Made by a program: the position numbers and the translations under genes
Shown: positions 50,958 through 60,692 of the stretch, piece after piece
How the letters are laid out: each line of letters opens with the position of its first letter
Numbering within the stretch: the first letter of the stretch is position 1
The notes under the pieces: model-generated
What the model saw: only the letters and a program-made list of their open reading frames with translations
Told to the model about the DNA's origin: nothing
Databases searched by the model: none
Origin: Candidatus Methylomirabilales bacterium
Lineage (GTDB): Bacteria; Methylomirabilota; Methylomirabilia; Methylomirabilales; CSP1-5
Direction: 5' to 3'
Assembly (NCBI GenBank): GCA_046758505.1
Contig: JBHIAH010000002.1
Coordinates: 32,001-96,000 of the forward strand
Length of the DNA stretch: 64,000 nt

Positions 50958-52201
50958 ATCGCCGCTCGTCCCTCCTGTTGATCCTGGCGATGGTCCTCGT
51001 CACCTCCGTGAGCGTCTATCTTATTCGGGGCGATGACCAGCCGCCCCAGCAGAAACCAGCCCCGGTCCCCGTGCCGGTGGAGGTCGCCCGGATCACCCCA
51101 CGCGCGTTCACGCATCGGCTGGAGGCCCTGGGGACCGTGCAGGCCCGTCGCGAGGCTGCGGTGAGTGTCAAGGTCTCGGGCCCCGTGACGGCGATTCCCC
51201 CCGAGATCGAGCTCGGCGCTCCCGTGGAGTACGGGGCCTTACTGGCCCAGATCAACCCTACCCCCTTTCGCATTGACGTGCGCCACAGAGAGGCGCTGGT
51301 GGCCCGGGCCCGGGCCCAGCTCCGCACCCGGCAGACAGAGATCGAACGACAAAAGGCCCTGATCGGCATCAACCGGGACAAACTGCGGCTGGCCCAGACG
51401 GAATACCACCGATTGAAGGCCCTGTTCGAGGAAGGGGGGATCGCCTGGCAAGAGTTGAAACGAGTCGAGCTGGCCCTCCGGCAGGTCCAGGAGGAGGTGG
51501 AACGGGCCGAGAGCGGCCTCCGCGAGGCGTCGGCGCAGCGCGGGGTGGCGAAAGCAGACCTGGCCTCGGCCCAGGCAGAGCTCGCGCGCGCGCGGGACGC
51601 ACTGGCGGACACGCAGGTGCGTGCCCCGTTTGCAGGGGTCATATCCGAAAAACCGGTCACCCTGGGGGAACACGTCGCCCCGGGGACCGTCCTGTTCCGT
51701 CTGGCAGACCTGAAGGTTGTCAAGATTCTGATACGGATCCCTGCGGACGACGTCGGCTTCCTCCATCCCGGCGCCAAAGCCGAGGTCACCTTGACCGGGT
51801 TCCCCGAACCGCTGGAAGGCCGGGTCGAACACATCGGCCCCCGGGCGGACGCGAAGACCCGGACGTTTCCGGTAGAGGTCCTCGTTGAGAACCGGGGCCC
51901 CCGGAAGCTCCTCCCCGGCATGTTCGCCCGCGCCAGCATCCCCGTGCGCACGTACCCCCGGGCGATCCTCATCCCACGCCCGAGCGTCCTGACCGAGGAC
52001 GGCGGGCCGATCGTGTTCGTTGCAGACCCCGAGCGGAAGACCGCGCACCGCCGTCCGGTCACCATCGCCCGCACCTTCGGATCCCGCCACCTGATCACCG
52101 GGGGACTCGAGTCCGGCGATCTCCTGGTGGTCACCGGGCATCGCCTCCTTCAGGAGGGGGCGCCCATCCGGGTGGTAGAGACGCGGGAGCTTACACCGTG
52201 A
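50954..52201 (+). CDS. RND efflux periplasmic adaptor (MFP)
   Basis: N-terminal TM, lipoyl halves (VSGPV; VRAPFAGVI), long alpha-hairpin, TRTFPV...PGMFA; ATGA overlap. Confidence 0.9.
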   Translation: MNRRSSLLLILAMVLVTSVSVYLIRGDDQPPQQKPAPVPVPVEVARITPRAFTHRLEALGTVQARREAAVSVKVSGPVTAIPPEIELGAPVEYGALLAQINPTPFRIDVRHREALVARARAQLRTRQTEIERQKALIGINRDKLRLAQTEYHRLKALFEEGGIAWQELKRVELALRQVQEEVERAESGLREASAQRGVAKADLASAQAELARARDALADTQVRAPFAGVISEKPVTLGEHVAPGTVLFRLADLKVVKILIRIPADDVGFLHPGAKAEVTLTGFPEPLEGRVEHIGPRADAKTRTFPVEVLVENRGPRKLLPGMFARASIPVRTYPRAILIPRPSVLTEDGGPIVFVADPERKTAHRRPVTIARTFGSRHLITGGLESGDLLVVTGHRLLQEGAPIRVVETRELTP

Positions 52202-55200
52202 GAAGACTGGCTGCGTTCTCCGTCCAGAACCCGGTCCTGGTGAACCTGCTCACCCTGTTCGTTTTGGGGACGGGACTGGTCACCTACTTTCGAATGCATC
52301 GGGAGCTGTTCCCTGAATTCTCCCGCCAAGCGATCCGGGTCACGACCACATATCTGGGGGCCTCTTCCGAGGAGGTGGAAAAGCTCATCACCGCCAAGAT
52401 CGAGGATGAGGTCGCCGACATCGACGGGGTGGATGAGCTGCTGTCGGTCTCGCAGGAGGGTCGGTCTGAGATCCTGCTGAAATTCCAGCCCGACACCGAC
52501 ATGAACCGGGCCCTCAGCGACGTGCGGGCGGCTCTCGACAGTGTCGCCGACCTGCCGGAAGAGGCTGACGACCCCCGCGTCCAGGAGGTGAAGTCCACCT
52601 TTCCCGTCATCACCGTGTCGTTGGCAGGCGACATCGACGAAGCGACGCTCCGGAAGATGGCCAAAGATCTCCGGGATGACCTGCGCCGACTTCCCGGGGT
52701 GGCCGCCGTCCGGATCCTCGGGATGCGCGAGCAGCAGATCTGGGTCGAGGTGGACCCGGCGCGGCTCGATCAGTACGGGATGAGCCTGGACGAGGTCCGG
52801 GCCGCCATCGCCGCCCACAACCGGAACGTGCCCGGCGGGACCCTAAAGACGGCCCGCGGCGAGATCCTGGTTCGGACGCTGGGCGAAGCCACGGGGGCCG
52901 CGGAGGTCGAGCGAATCATCCTGCGGAGCGTCGGCACGGGGACCCCCCTCACCGTGGCGGACGTGGCCACCGTCCGGGAGACCTTTGAAGAACCTACCAC
53001 GATCGGCCGGTGGGGGGGGCGGCCCGCCCTCAACCTGGTCGTCATCAAGGAGCGCACCGGGGACGCCATTGACATCGCCGCGTCGGTCCGGGCGCTCGTG
53101 CAGGAGGTCCGGAGCCGGTTGCCCGAGACGGTGACCATCGGCGTCTATAACGACCTCTCCATCTTTATCCGGAAACGCCTGAATACCCTCCGCTGGAGCG
53201 GCGCCATCGGACTGACCATCGTCCTGTTCACCCTCTGGATTTTCGTGCGGACGCGGATCGCCTTCCTGACGGGACTCGGCATTCCCTTCGCCATGCTGGG
53301 AGGCATCGTCCTCATGTCGGTCTCCGGCATCAGCCTCAACATGATCTCACTGTTCAGCCTGATCCTCGTCCTGGGCCTCCTGGTCGATGACGCGATCGTG
53401 GTGACGGAGAACGTCTACCGCCACGTGGAACAGGGGATGGACCCCCGACAGGCGGCGATGCGGGGGACGGCGGAGGTCGCCTGGCCGGTGGTGGCGACGG
53501 TGACGACGACCGTCGCGGCCTTTCTCCCCCTCCTGTTGATCCCGGGGACGATGGGCGTTTTTCTCGCCCCCATCCCCGTCGTCGTCACCTTCACACTGCT
53601 CGCCTCGCTCTTCGAGGCGCTAGTGGTTCTCCCCTCCCACCTATCCGACGTCATCACACCGGCGTACGCCCACAAGGTCCGCCGCCGGGAACTCGGCTGG
53701 CTGACCCGGGCCCGAACGGCCTACGGCACCCTCCTGGCCACGGCGCTCAAATGGCGCTACGTCACCGCCGTCCTCCTCCTGTGCATCACCATCCTCCTCG
53801 CGATGACCGCCTGGCACCGGATCCCCTTTGTCCTCTTCCGGCAGTTCGAATCCTCGCAGTTCCTCATCAACTTCGAAACGTCGTCAGAGGCCAAGATCGA
53901 GGATACGCTGGAGGTGGCCAAACGAGCCGAGCACGTGGCGCTGAGCCTGCCGCCCGAGGACCTGCGTTCGCTCGCCACCAACGTGGGAATCACCTTTCTG
54001 GACATCCACCGGGCGGAGCAGGGACCGAACCTGGGACAATTGATGGTGGAGCTCAGGGAGGACCGCCGGCGCAGTGTGGATGCCGTGATCGCGGACCTCC
54101 GCGCGCGGATGGCGGATATTCCTGGCATCACCAAGATCCAGTTCCTGAAGACCCAGGCCGGTCCCGGGGGACCGGCCATCGAGGCGCGAGTGGTGGGGGA
54201 GACGATCCCGGTCCTCCGGACCTTGGCCGAGCAGGTGAAGGGATTCCTGCGGGGCATCCCGGGGGTGCAAGATGTCCGGGACGATTTCTCCGAGGGGAAG
54301 GAAGAGGTCCAGATCACCCTCCGCCCCGAGGCGCGCGCCCTCGGCCTGGACCTGGGCCAGATCGCGCGCCAGGTCCAGCAGGCGTTCCTGGGGGTGGAGG
54401 CCTCTACCATCCAGCGGCGGGATGAGGATGTGCCGATCGTCGTTCGCTTCCCCCAGGCCGCCCGCCGCCACCTGGAAACCGTCGCGGGCATGAAGCTCAC
54501 CCTGCCCTCCGGAGAGCGGGTATTCCTGCGCGACGTCGCCCGCCTGGAGACGGCGATCGGCACCAGCAAGATCCGCCGGGACGATCAGAAGCGGACGATC
54601 ACGGTGCTGGCCGACGTGGATACCCAGGAGGCAAATGCCTACCAGGTCGCCGCGCAGTTGAAACGGAAGTTCGCCGATGTGGGGAGCCAATTTCCGGGCT
54701 ACCGGGTCGTCATCAAGGGGGAGCGACAGGAGGCGGAGGAATCGCTCGCCGCCCTGCCGCAGATCTCGCTCATCGCCCTCTTGCTGATCTACTTTCTTCT
54801 GGGCTCGCTCTTCAAGTCGTTTAGTCAACCCCTCATTGTCATGGCGGCCATCCCCTTCGCCCTGGATGGTGTAGTCATTGGCCACCTCCTCATGGGAGAG
54901 CCCCTGAGCTTCCTCTCCATGATGGGGCTGGTTGCGCTTGCCGGAGTGGTCGTGAACGACTCCCTCATCCTGGTCGACTTCATCAACCGGGCCCGGCACG
55001 AGGGGATGCCCCGCGACGAGGCGATCCTGCAGTCCGGAGTGGCCCGTCTCCGACCGGTGCTGCTAACCACCATCACCACGGTGGGGGGCCTGATGCCCCT
55101 GGCCTTTTTCGCCAGCGGCCAGGCCAGGTTCCTCTCCCCCATGGCCATTTCTGTGGTCTGGGGGCTCTCGTTCGCCACGATTCTCACCCTCATCCTGATT

Positions 55201-55296
55201 CCCTGCCTGTGCGCCATCCTCGATGATCTGAAGGCGGGGGCCCGCCGCCTGCTCCGCCTCGAGGTCGGTGCGGCGGCCCCCCAGCCACGGAACTAG
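52198..55296 (+). CDS. RND efflux transporter (AcrB-like)
   Basis: 1032 aa; GLLVDDAIVVTEN and RLRPVLLT motifs. Confidence 0.94.
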   Translation: MRRLAAFSVQNPVLVNLLTLFVLGTGLVTYFRMHRELFPEFSRQAIRVTTTYLGASSEEVEKLITAKIEDEVADIDGVDELLSVSQEGRSEILLKFQPDTDMNRALSDVRAALDSVADLPEEADDPRVQEVKSTFPVITVSLAGDIDEATLRKMAKDLRDDLRRLPGVAAVRILGMREQQIWVEVDPARLDQYGMSLDEVRAAIAAHNRNVPGGTLKTARGEILVRTLGEATGAAEVERIILRSVGTGTPLTVADVATVRETFEEPTTIGRWGGRPALNLVVIKERTGDAIDIAASVRALVQEVRSRLPETVTIGVYNDLSIFIRKRLNTLRWSGAIGLTIVLFTLWIFVRTRIAFLTGLGIPFAMLGGIVLMSVSGISLNMISLFSLILVLGLLVDDAIVVTENVYRHVEQGMDPRQAAMRGTAEVAWPVVATVTTTVAAFLPLLLIPGTMGVFLAPIPVVVTFTLLASLFEALVVLPSHLSDVITPAYAHKVRRRELGWLTRARTAYGTLLATALKWRYVTAVLLLCITILLAMTAWHRIPFVLFRQFESSQFLINFETSSEAKIEDTLEVAKRAEHVALSLPPEDLRSLATNVGITFLDIHRAEQGPNLGQLMVELREDRRRSVDAVIADLRARMADIPGITKIQFLKTQAGPGGPAIEARVVGETIPVLRTLAEQVKGFLRGIPGVQDVRDDFSEGKEEVQITLRPEARALGLDLGQIARQVQQAFLGVEASTIQRRDEDVPIVVRFPQAARRHLETVAGMKLTLPSGERVFLRDVARLETAIGTSKIRRDDQKRTITVLADVDTQEANAYQVAAQLKRKFADVGSQFPGYRVVIKGERQEAEESLAALPQISLIALLLIYFLLGSLFKSFSQPLIVMAAIPFALDGVVIGHLLMGEPLSFLSMMGLVALAGVVVNDSLILVDFINRARHEGMPRDEAILQSGVARLRPVLLTTITTVGGLMPLAFFASGQARFLSPMAISVVWGLSFATILTLILIPCLCAILDDLKAGARRLLRLEVGAAAPQPRN

Positions 55297-55595
55297 TGCC
55301 GTTCCAACTACTTTCCCCAAAACCTGCCCCTCACTGAACCGAGGAAGCAGGCCGAACTGTGAGGGTCGGACTAGGCCACACAAGGTGGAACGGCGCTAGC
55401 CTCGACTCCCGCACCGCTCCTCTCCGCCCCCCCGTCATGACACCAGGCCCCCCCCGGCAGAACAGAGACCAGGACGTGCGTGCGCGCTTCAGGGGCGGCA
55501 ACACCCGAGCCCGCCTGAGGGTAGGCGCAAGGGAAAATTTGGTGGCGGGTGCCAACGGTCGCTTCGACCTCACAATAGCGCCGCAGTATGGGAGG

Positions 55596-55838
55596 ACACA
55601 CGGTTGGTCGCGGCGGCGGCTGATACCCCACGGGGGGCACCAGCTCGCCCTGAACATGGCGGCGGGACTGCAACTGGGGGGCTCCGAATCGTATCCGCTG
55701 GTCTTCCAACCCTTTGGCGGCTTCGCCGACCTTATCCCCATCGAGGACGGCTATACCCATCCGCATGATTCCCCGGGGGTCGGTGTCGAGCTCAAGGCCG
55801 AACTGTACACCGAGCTCAAAAAACTCGCCTCCCCCTAA
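55596..55838 (+). pseudogene. C-terminal remnant of a mandelate racemase/enolase-superfamily enzyme (D-tartrate dehydratase-like)
   Basis: THGWSRRRLIPHGGHQLALNMAAGLQLGGSESYP...FGGF...PGVGVE resembles the C-terminus of TarD-type enzymes. There is no room for the N-terminal ~300 aa. Confidence 0.65.
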
Positions 55839-56059
55839 GGCCTCGCCTCAGATTGCTTACCGCTGATTCCCATGCCTTTAGGCCATGCGGGATGATCCGA
55901 AGGTGCGTGCCCCTGGGACCCCCCGGTGCGCCGTGGCCCCCCCAGCCCTCCTGATCCCAAGCTAGGCGCCAATTCTGGGGACCAAGCCGCCCGCCTTTGG
56001 TAGGACAAAGCCATATGAGACTCAAGATAACATATTATAAATAAATCTTTTGTCAGATA

Positions 56060-56124
56060 TATGAGTCTATTCTACTAATATTTTCTTCTTAATGCTTGAC
56101 AAATTTGCCGTGGCCGATTATATT
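56060..56124 (+). promoter_or_regulatory. Hsp20 promoter with HAIR-like (HspR) operator
   Basis: TATGAGT-N7-ACTAATA (56060-56080); TTGACA(56096)-17-TATATT; an additional ACTCAAG half-site at 56020-56026. Confidence 0.5.
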
Positions 56125-56195
56125 GTGTGTGGAAGGAACGGAGAGCCGCGGAAGAGGTGTGCGCGGCCAAACCCAGCTAGAAGGAGGTGTTAGAG

Positions 56196-56663
56196 ATGTT
56201 AATGCTTCGTCGATGGTCTCCGTTTGACGGGCTGACCCCATTCCACCGCGATTTCGATCAGCTGTTCGATCGACTCTTTGCGGGGCGCGATTGGTGGCCG
56301 TGGCCTCTCACTACCGAAGGGTTCGTCCCCGCGCTTGAGGCATACGTGGAAGGGGATCAGTTCCACGTCCGCGCCGAGCTGCCCGGGATCGATCCGAAGG
56401 AGATCGACCTGTCCGTAGAGGACAACCGGCTCACGATCAGGGGCGAACGAAAGACCGCAGAGGAGAAAAGGGAGGAGGGGTACTACCTGCACGAGATTGC
56501 CCATGGCCGCTTCGAACGGACCGTGGGTCTGCCCGAGGGCGCCGATGTCGAGAAGATCGACGCCCGGTATGATAAGGGCGTCCTGGACATTACGGTGCCC
56601 CTGAAAGAGGCCCTCGCCTCAAAGAAAGTCCCGATCGAAGTGACCGCCGGGGAGAAGAAGTAA
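56196..56663 (+). CDS. Hsp20/alpha-crystallin small heat-shock protein
   Basis: AELPGIDPKEIDL, LTIRGER and ARYDKGVLDITVP motifs, C-terminal VPI; AGGAGG RBS. Confidence 0.94.
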   Translation: MLMLRRWSPFDGLTPFHRDFDQLFDRLFAGRDWWPWPLTTEGFVPALEAYVEGDQFHVRAELPGIDPKEIDLSVEDNRLTIRGERKTAEEKREEGYYLHEIAHGRFERTVGLPEGADVEKIDARYDKGVLDITVPLKEALASKKVPIEVTAGEKK

Positions 56664-56687
56664 AACAACCCATCCCATATCTGGATT

Positions 56688-56720
56688 GACCGCCGCCTGA
56701 CCGCCCGTCAGGCGGCGGTC
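56688..56720. terminator. Hairpin (probable bidirectional terminator) between hsp20 and prmA
   Basis: GACCGCCGCCTGAC-CGCCC-GTCAGGCGGCGGTC, a 14-bp stem; the U-tract is weak. Confidence 0.6.
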
Positions 56721-56744
56721 GCTATTTCGACACAGCACCGCTCC

Positions 56745-57698
56745 CTACCTATCGGGTGTGAGAGTCAGGCAGAGCCACTCGTCGTCCGTTCGGCGGGCGA
56801 TCACTCCGAATCCCGAGGCCCGGGCCGTGGCGGCAACCCCCCTTGCCTCTTCTACCAGGATTCCCGAAGCAACCAGTCGGCCGCCCGCGGCAAGGTGGGT
56901 CAGGACGGCGCCGAATAATCCGCACAGGCCCTTCACATCCAGGTTCGCCAGGATCAGGTCGAAGCGCATCTCGGACCTGAGGGCCTCGACCCCCCCCTGC
57001 ATGAGCTGGACCCGACCCGCGACACCGTTCAGGACAAAGTTTTTCGTCGCGGCCCCGCACGCCTCGGCATCCGTATCGATGGCGACGACGCGCTCCGCCC
57101 CAAGGGCTGCCGCAGTGATCGCGAGGATGCCGGTTCCGGTCCCCACATCGAGCACCCCGGGTTTCCGGGGCCCCGCCCATTGCTCAATCAGGGCCTCCAG
57201 GGCTTCGAGGCACATTCGCGTCGTGGCATGGTGGCCGGTTCCAAAACCCATCCCGGGGTCGATCCGGATGAGGAGCCGATCCTTCGGGAAGGGGCCAACC
57301 TCCCAGGGAGGCGCAATCACGAGACGCCTGCCGACCGGCAGCGGCGTAAAGTGCTCTTGCCAGGTTTTCCCCCAGTCCTCGGTCGGTATCTCGCGGACCG
57401 TGATCGGCCGCGCCTCCCCGCTGAGCCCGACGGCCTCGAGGGCCTCTTGGTATTGCGCCAGCCGCGCGACCGTCGGATCGATCACCACCCCCCCGGGGAA
57501 GCTTGCCCGGATCACGATCCCCGGTCCCCCCGAGGGCGCGTCCTCCGTCAGGAGGCCGACCGCCCCCTCGGTGAAGAGGAAATCGGCCAGCGCCTCCGCG
57601 GTGTCGCCCGTCGCGACGACGGTTACCTCGATGTATCCCTCGCCCACCGTCCGCCTCCGAGCAAAACCGTTCCCGGTACCGACCGGCGATTCGGACAC
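56745..57698 (-). CDS. prmA: Ribosomal protein L11 methyltransferase
   Basis: EDWGKTWQEHF, IDPGMGFGTGHHATT, VLDVGTGTGILAI and ILAN motifs. Confidence 0.92.
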   Translation of the reverse strand: MSESPVGTGNGFARRRTVGEGYIEVTVVATGDTAEALADFLFTEGAVGLLTEDAPSGGPGIVIRASFPGGVVIDPTVARLAQYQEALEAVGLSGEARPITVREIPTEDWGKTWQEHFTPLPVGRRLVIAPPWEVGPFPKDRLLIRIDPGMGFGTGHHATTRMCLEALEALIEQWAGPRKPGVLDVGTGTGILAITAAALGAERVVAIDTDAEACGAATKNFVLNGVAGRVQLMQGGVEALRSEMRFDLILANLDVKGLCGLFGAVLTHLAAGGRLVASGILVEEARGVAATARASGFGVIARRTDDEWLCLTLTPDR

Positions 57699-57711
57699 GG
57701 GTCCACGAAGG

Positions 57712-58257
57712 CTAACCGGTGAAGCCCTCGTCCAGTTCGACGCCGAGGCCGTCGGCCACCCGATCCTGGTGGTTGAAGAAGCCGGCGATCAACGTCAGCG
57801 TGAGAATCTCTTCGTCCGAGAGCCCAGCGGCTCGTACTCGCTCAATGTCCTCACTCACGATCTTACTCGCATCCCGCGTGAGCCGTTCCGCGTGTTCGAG
57901 GATCACACGTGTCTTGCGGTCGAGAGCCGCTTGTCGGTAATCCTTCTTGATCTGGGCAGTCAGCTCATGACTGCGTGTCTCGCGACGGAGAAACTCTCCG
58001 TGAGCCTCTATTCAATAATGGCAGTTGTTGAGCTTGGAGACTAGCACCGCGATCATTTCCCTCTGGGCCCGAGTGAGTCCGGACGGACCGAACATGAGGG
58101 TCTCGTAGAGCGGCTGCATGGCTTGCAGGACGTCAGGCCTGAGGCTGTAGACCTTCAGGATGTTGGGCACGAAGCCCATGCGCCCCTTGATCCCAGCGTA
58201 GAACTCGCCCAGTGCCCCTGTGGCTTCCTGCTCCTCGACTGTCTTGATCCACGCCAT
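57712..58257 (-). CDS. AhpD/carboxymuconolactone-decarboxylase-like peroxidase-related selenoprotein, 181 aa, C79-x-x-U82
   Basis: ORFs 58012..58257 and 57712..57906 join in frame across TGA 58012-58014: REMIAVLVSKLNNCHY-U-IEAHGEFLRR...FFNHQDRVADGLG. Confidence 0.9.
57985..58001 (-). promoter_or_regulatory. Putative SECIS of the AhpD-like gene
   Basis: 10 nt after UGA: ACGGAG-AGUUU-CUCCGU, a perfect stem. Confidence 0.7.
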
Positions 58258-58449
58258 TTCTCCCCCCTGTATGCGAAGACCTCCGCTGCTCGGTCACCCT
58301 CTCTGACGCGACCCCATTCCGGGGCATCCCGCGATTCGCCAAAATGGTACAGCAGATCTCTGTTCGCGAAAACGACAAACGCAAGGGGGAAGGAAGGCTC
58401 GCAAGACAGGGAGGCTCTGGCGTTTCCTGGGGATCGGTGACTGGTCTTT

Positions 58450-59448
58450 CTACGACGCCAGACCGGCAACGGCCGCCAGCTCAGATGCCTCGGTGAATGC
58501 ATGGGCGGCCAGCCACCGTTCGGCGTCAATCGCCGCCATCGCACCCGTGCCTGCAGCGGTGACCGCTTGCCGATACACATGGTCCTGGACATCACCGCAG
58601 GCAAAGACACCGGGCACGTTCGTATGGGTCGATCCAGGATGGATCACGATGTATCCCTGTTCGTCAAGCTCGACCCACCCCTCGAAGACATCCGTGTTCG
58701 GTTTGTGCCCGATCGCGACAAACAGACCCTGCACGGGCAGGGTCGACGTCTTCCCGGTCTGCACATTCTTGAGCACGAGCCCCTCGACTTCGCGCTCCCC
58801 CAGCACATCGTGAACCACCGTGTTCCACACAAAGGTGATCTTCGCATTGGCCGAGGCGCGCTGTTGCATGAACCTCGAGGCACGCAATCGGCCACGCCGG
58901 TGTATGACATGCACCCGGGAGGCAAAGCGGGCAAGAAACAGGGCTTCTTCCATCGCGGCATCCCCTCCTCCGACAACGGCCACTTCCTGCCCGCGGAAGA
59001 ACGCCCCGTCACAGGTTGCACATGCCGAGACACCGCGCCCCAGGAGCCGCCGCTCGTTCTCCAGCCCAAGGTGCTTCGCAGATGCCCCCGTCGAAATGAT
59101 CACCGCGTCAGCCAGCACCGGTTTCTCCCCCTCCACCAAGAGGCGAAACGGCCGCCGGGAAAAGTCAACCGCCGTCACCATACCGGAGCGGAGATCTGCG
59201 CCGAACCGGACTGCTTGGGCTTCAAAATGCTGCATCAAGTCCGGTCCGAGGATGCCATCGGGAAAGCCCGGGTAGTTCTCGACCGCCGTCGTGGTGATGA
59301 GTTGGCCCCCCGGCTCCGGCCCCGAAAGTACCAGCGGATTGAGGTTGGCCCGCGCTGCATAGACTCCTGCTGTGAGACCGGCGGGACCGGTTCCGATGAT
59401 CACTATCGACCGATGCTCGGCTTTGGAAAAATCTACATCGTTTCTCAC
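58450..59448 (-). CDS. trxB: Thioredoxin reductase
   Basis: GTGPAG, VENYPGF, SACATCDG, GGGDAA and FACGDV motifs. Confidence 0.95.
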   Translation of the reverse strand: MRNDVDFSKAEHRSIVIIGTGPAGLTAGVYAARANLNPLVLSGPEPGGQLITTTAVENYPGFPDGILGPDLMQHFEAQAVRFGADLRSGMVTAVDFSRRPFRLLVEGEKPVLADAVIISTGASAKHLGLENERRLLGRGVSACATCDGAFFRGQEVAVVGGGDAAMEEALFLARFASRVHVIHRRGRLRASRFMQQRASANAKITFVWNTVVHDVLGEREVEGLVLKNVQTGKTSTLPVQGLFVAIGHKPNTDVFEGWVELDEQGYIVIHPGSTHTNVPGVFACGDVQDHVYRQAVTAAGTGAMAAIDAERWLAAHAFTEASELAAVAGLAS

Positions 59449-59466
59449 GACACGCTCCTGCCCGCA

Positions 59467-59808
59467 CTAGACCCGCTGGAGGATGGCGTCGAGCTTGTCG
59501 GCGAGCACCCTCTTTGGGACCACGCCGATGACCTGATCCACGACCCGGCCGTCCTCGAAAAACAGAAGTGCTGGAATGGACCGGATACCATACTGGGCAG
59601 CAATGCGAGGATTGTGGTCCACGTTCACCTTGGCCACTTTAGCCTGGCCTTCAAAACCCGCCGCCAGCTCCTCGATCACCGGGGCGATCGCCCGGCACGG
59701 CCCGCACCAGCTCGCCCAGAAATCGACCAGAACGGGCGCAGAACTTTCAAGCACCTCGGTCTGGAAGTTCTCGTCGGTCAGTGTGATGTACCTCGTATTC
59801 TCCGCCAT
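59467..59808 (-). CDS. trxA: Thioredoxin
   Basis: VDFWASWCGPC; ATG at 59808 follows GGAGG. Confidence 0.95.
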   Translation of the reverse strand: MAENTRYITLTDENFQTEVLESSAPVLVDFWASWCGPCRAIAPVIEELAAGFEGQAKVAKVNVDHNPRIAAQYGIRSIPALLFFEDGRVVDQVIGVVPKRVLADKLDAILQRV

Positions 59809-60003
59809 CGTCCTGTCCTCCGTTCCGCACCGAGACAAGGGTCGACCTTCTGGATCGACTATGCCAGATCTTCCCGTGTCGGTTCCGAGCCGACCTTGCC
59901 TCGTCGGTCACGTCACACCATCGTTTATCTGAAATCATCGCTGGGGACAGAATTGCTCAACCCACACGGGATGAGCGTCCCCGCCCAAGACTGGCGGGCC
60001 CGA

Positions 60004-60159
60004 TCATGCACGGCTCTTGCCCGTTCCACGAACTGGGGAGCCAGGCGTGCCCCTGAGAGACCTGGCCGTCTCATAGGCCCAGCTTCCCAGGAGCACAACG
60101 CTCAAGCTTCCGTAGAGAATGATGAAAGTCAGGATGAACATCGTATACCAGAGTTTCAT
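60004..60159 (-). CDS. Small single-TM protein (51 aa)
   Basis: MKLWYTMFILTFIILYGSLSVVLLGSW hydrophobic helix; AAGGA RBS. Confidence 0.5.
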   Translation of the reverse strand: MKLWYTMFILTFIILYGSLSVVLLGSWAYETARSLRGTPGSPVRGTGKSRA

Positions 60160-60205
60160 GGCTCGTTCCTTTATGTGGTATGGGGTAATGCCCCCTCTGT
60201 TTCCG

Positions 60206-60478
60206 TTATGCAACGTCAGCGGTCGCGATCGCCTGCCCCGCCTTCCTCCAGGTCTGCCTCGTCTCCAGCAACTCCTCGTGGGGAGCAAACCGGCGGACGG
60301 TAAAGCCGCACACTGTACAGCGTTGATACACAAAAGGCCATCCATGTCCGTCTTGGACGCCACCCACCCGTCTGGTGGAAGATGAACAACATCGGCTGGG
60401 GGACGGGGGGGAGATAATCTTTGCCGGGTAGGCATTGACGGCTTTCCGCTGAGCGCTGTACTCCACAATGGTCGCCAT
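60206..60478 (-). CDS. Small Cys-containing hypothetical protein (90 aa)
   Basis: ATG at 60478 follows GGAGG; CC...CTVCG pattern. Confidence 0.6.
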   Translation of the reverse strand: MATIVEYSAQRKAVNAYPAKIISPPSPSRCCSSSTRRVGGVQDGHGWPFVYQRCTVCGFTVRRFAPHEELLETRQTWRKAGQAIATADVA

Positions 60479-60692
60479 CGGTTTTCCCTCCAGGCTCGTA
60501 CTGCCCTTATCTCGCTTGCCCATATGACCCTTTCGTCAGTCCTTCTCTCCCGAGCCTTTACCCTATTAGATGCACTTCAGCGCCATGAGGTTTCACAAAA
60601 ATTAAATCAGGACGGTGCCCACGGCTCACATTCTTGCAGAGGGGCGAATTATCGCGAGGGGCCTCAAGGGAGTTGCCAGGCGCTGGGCCGCA

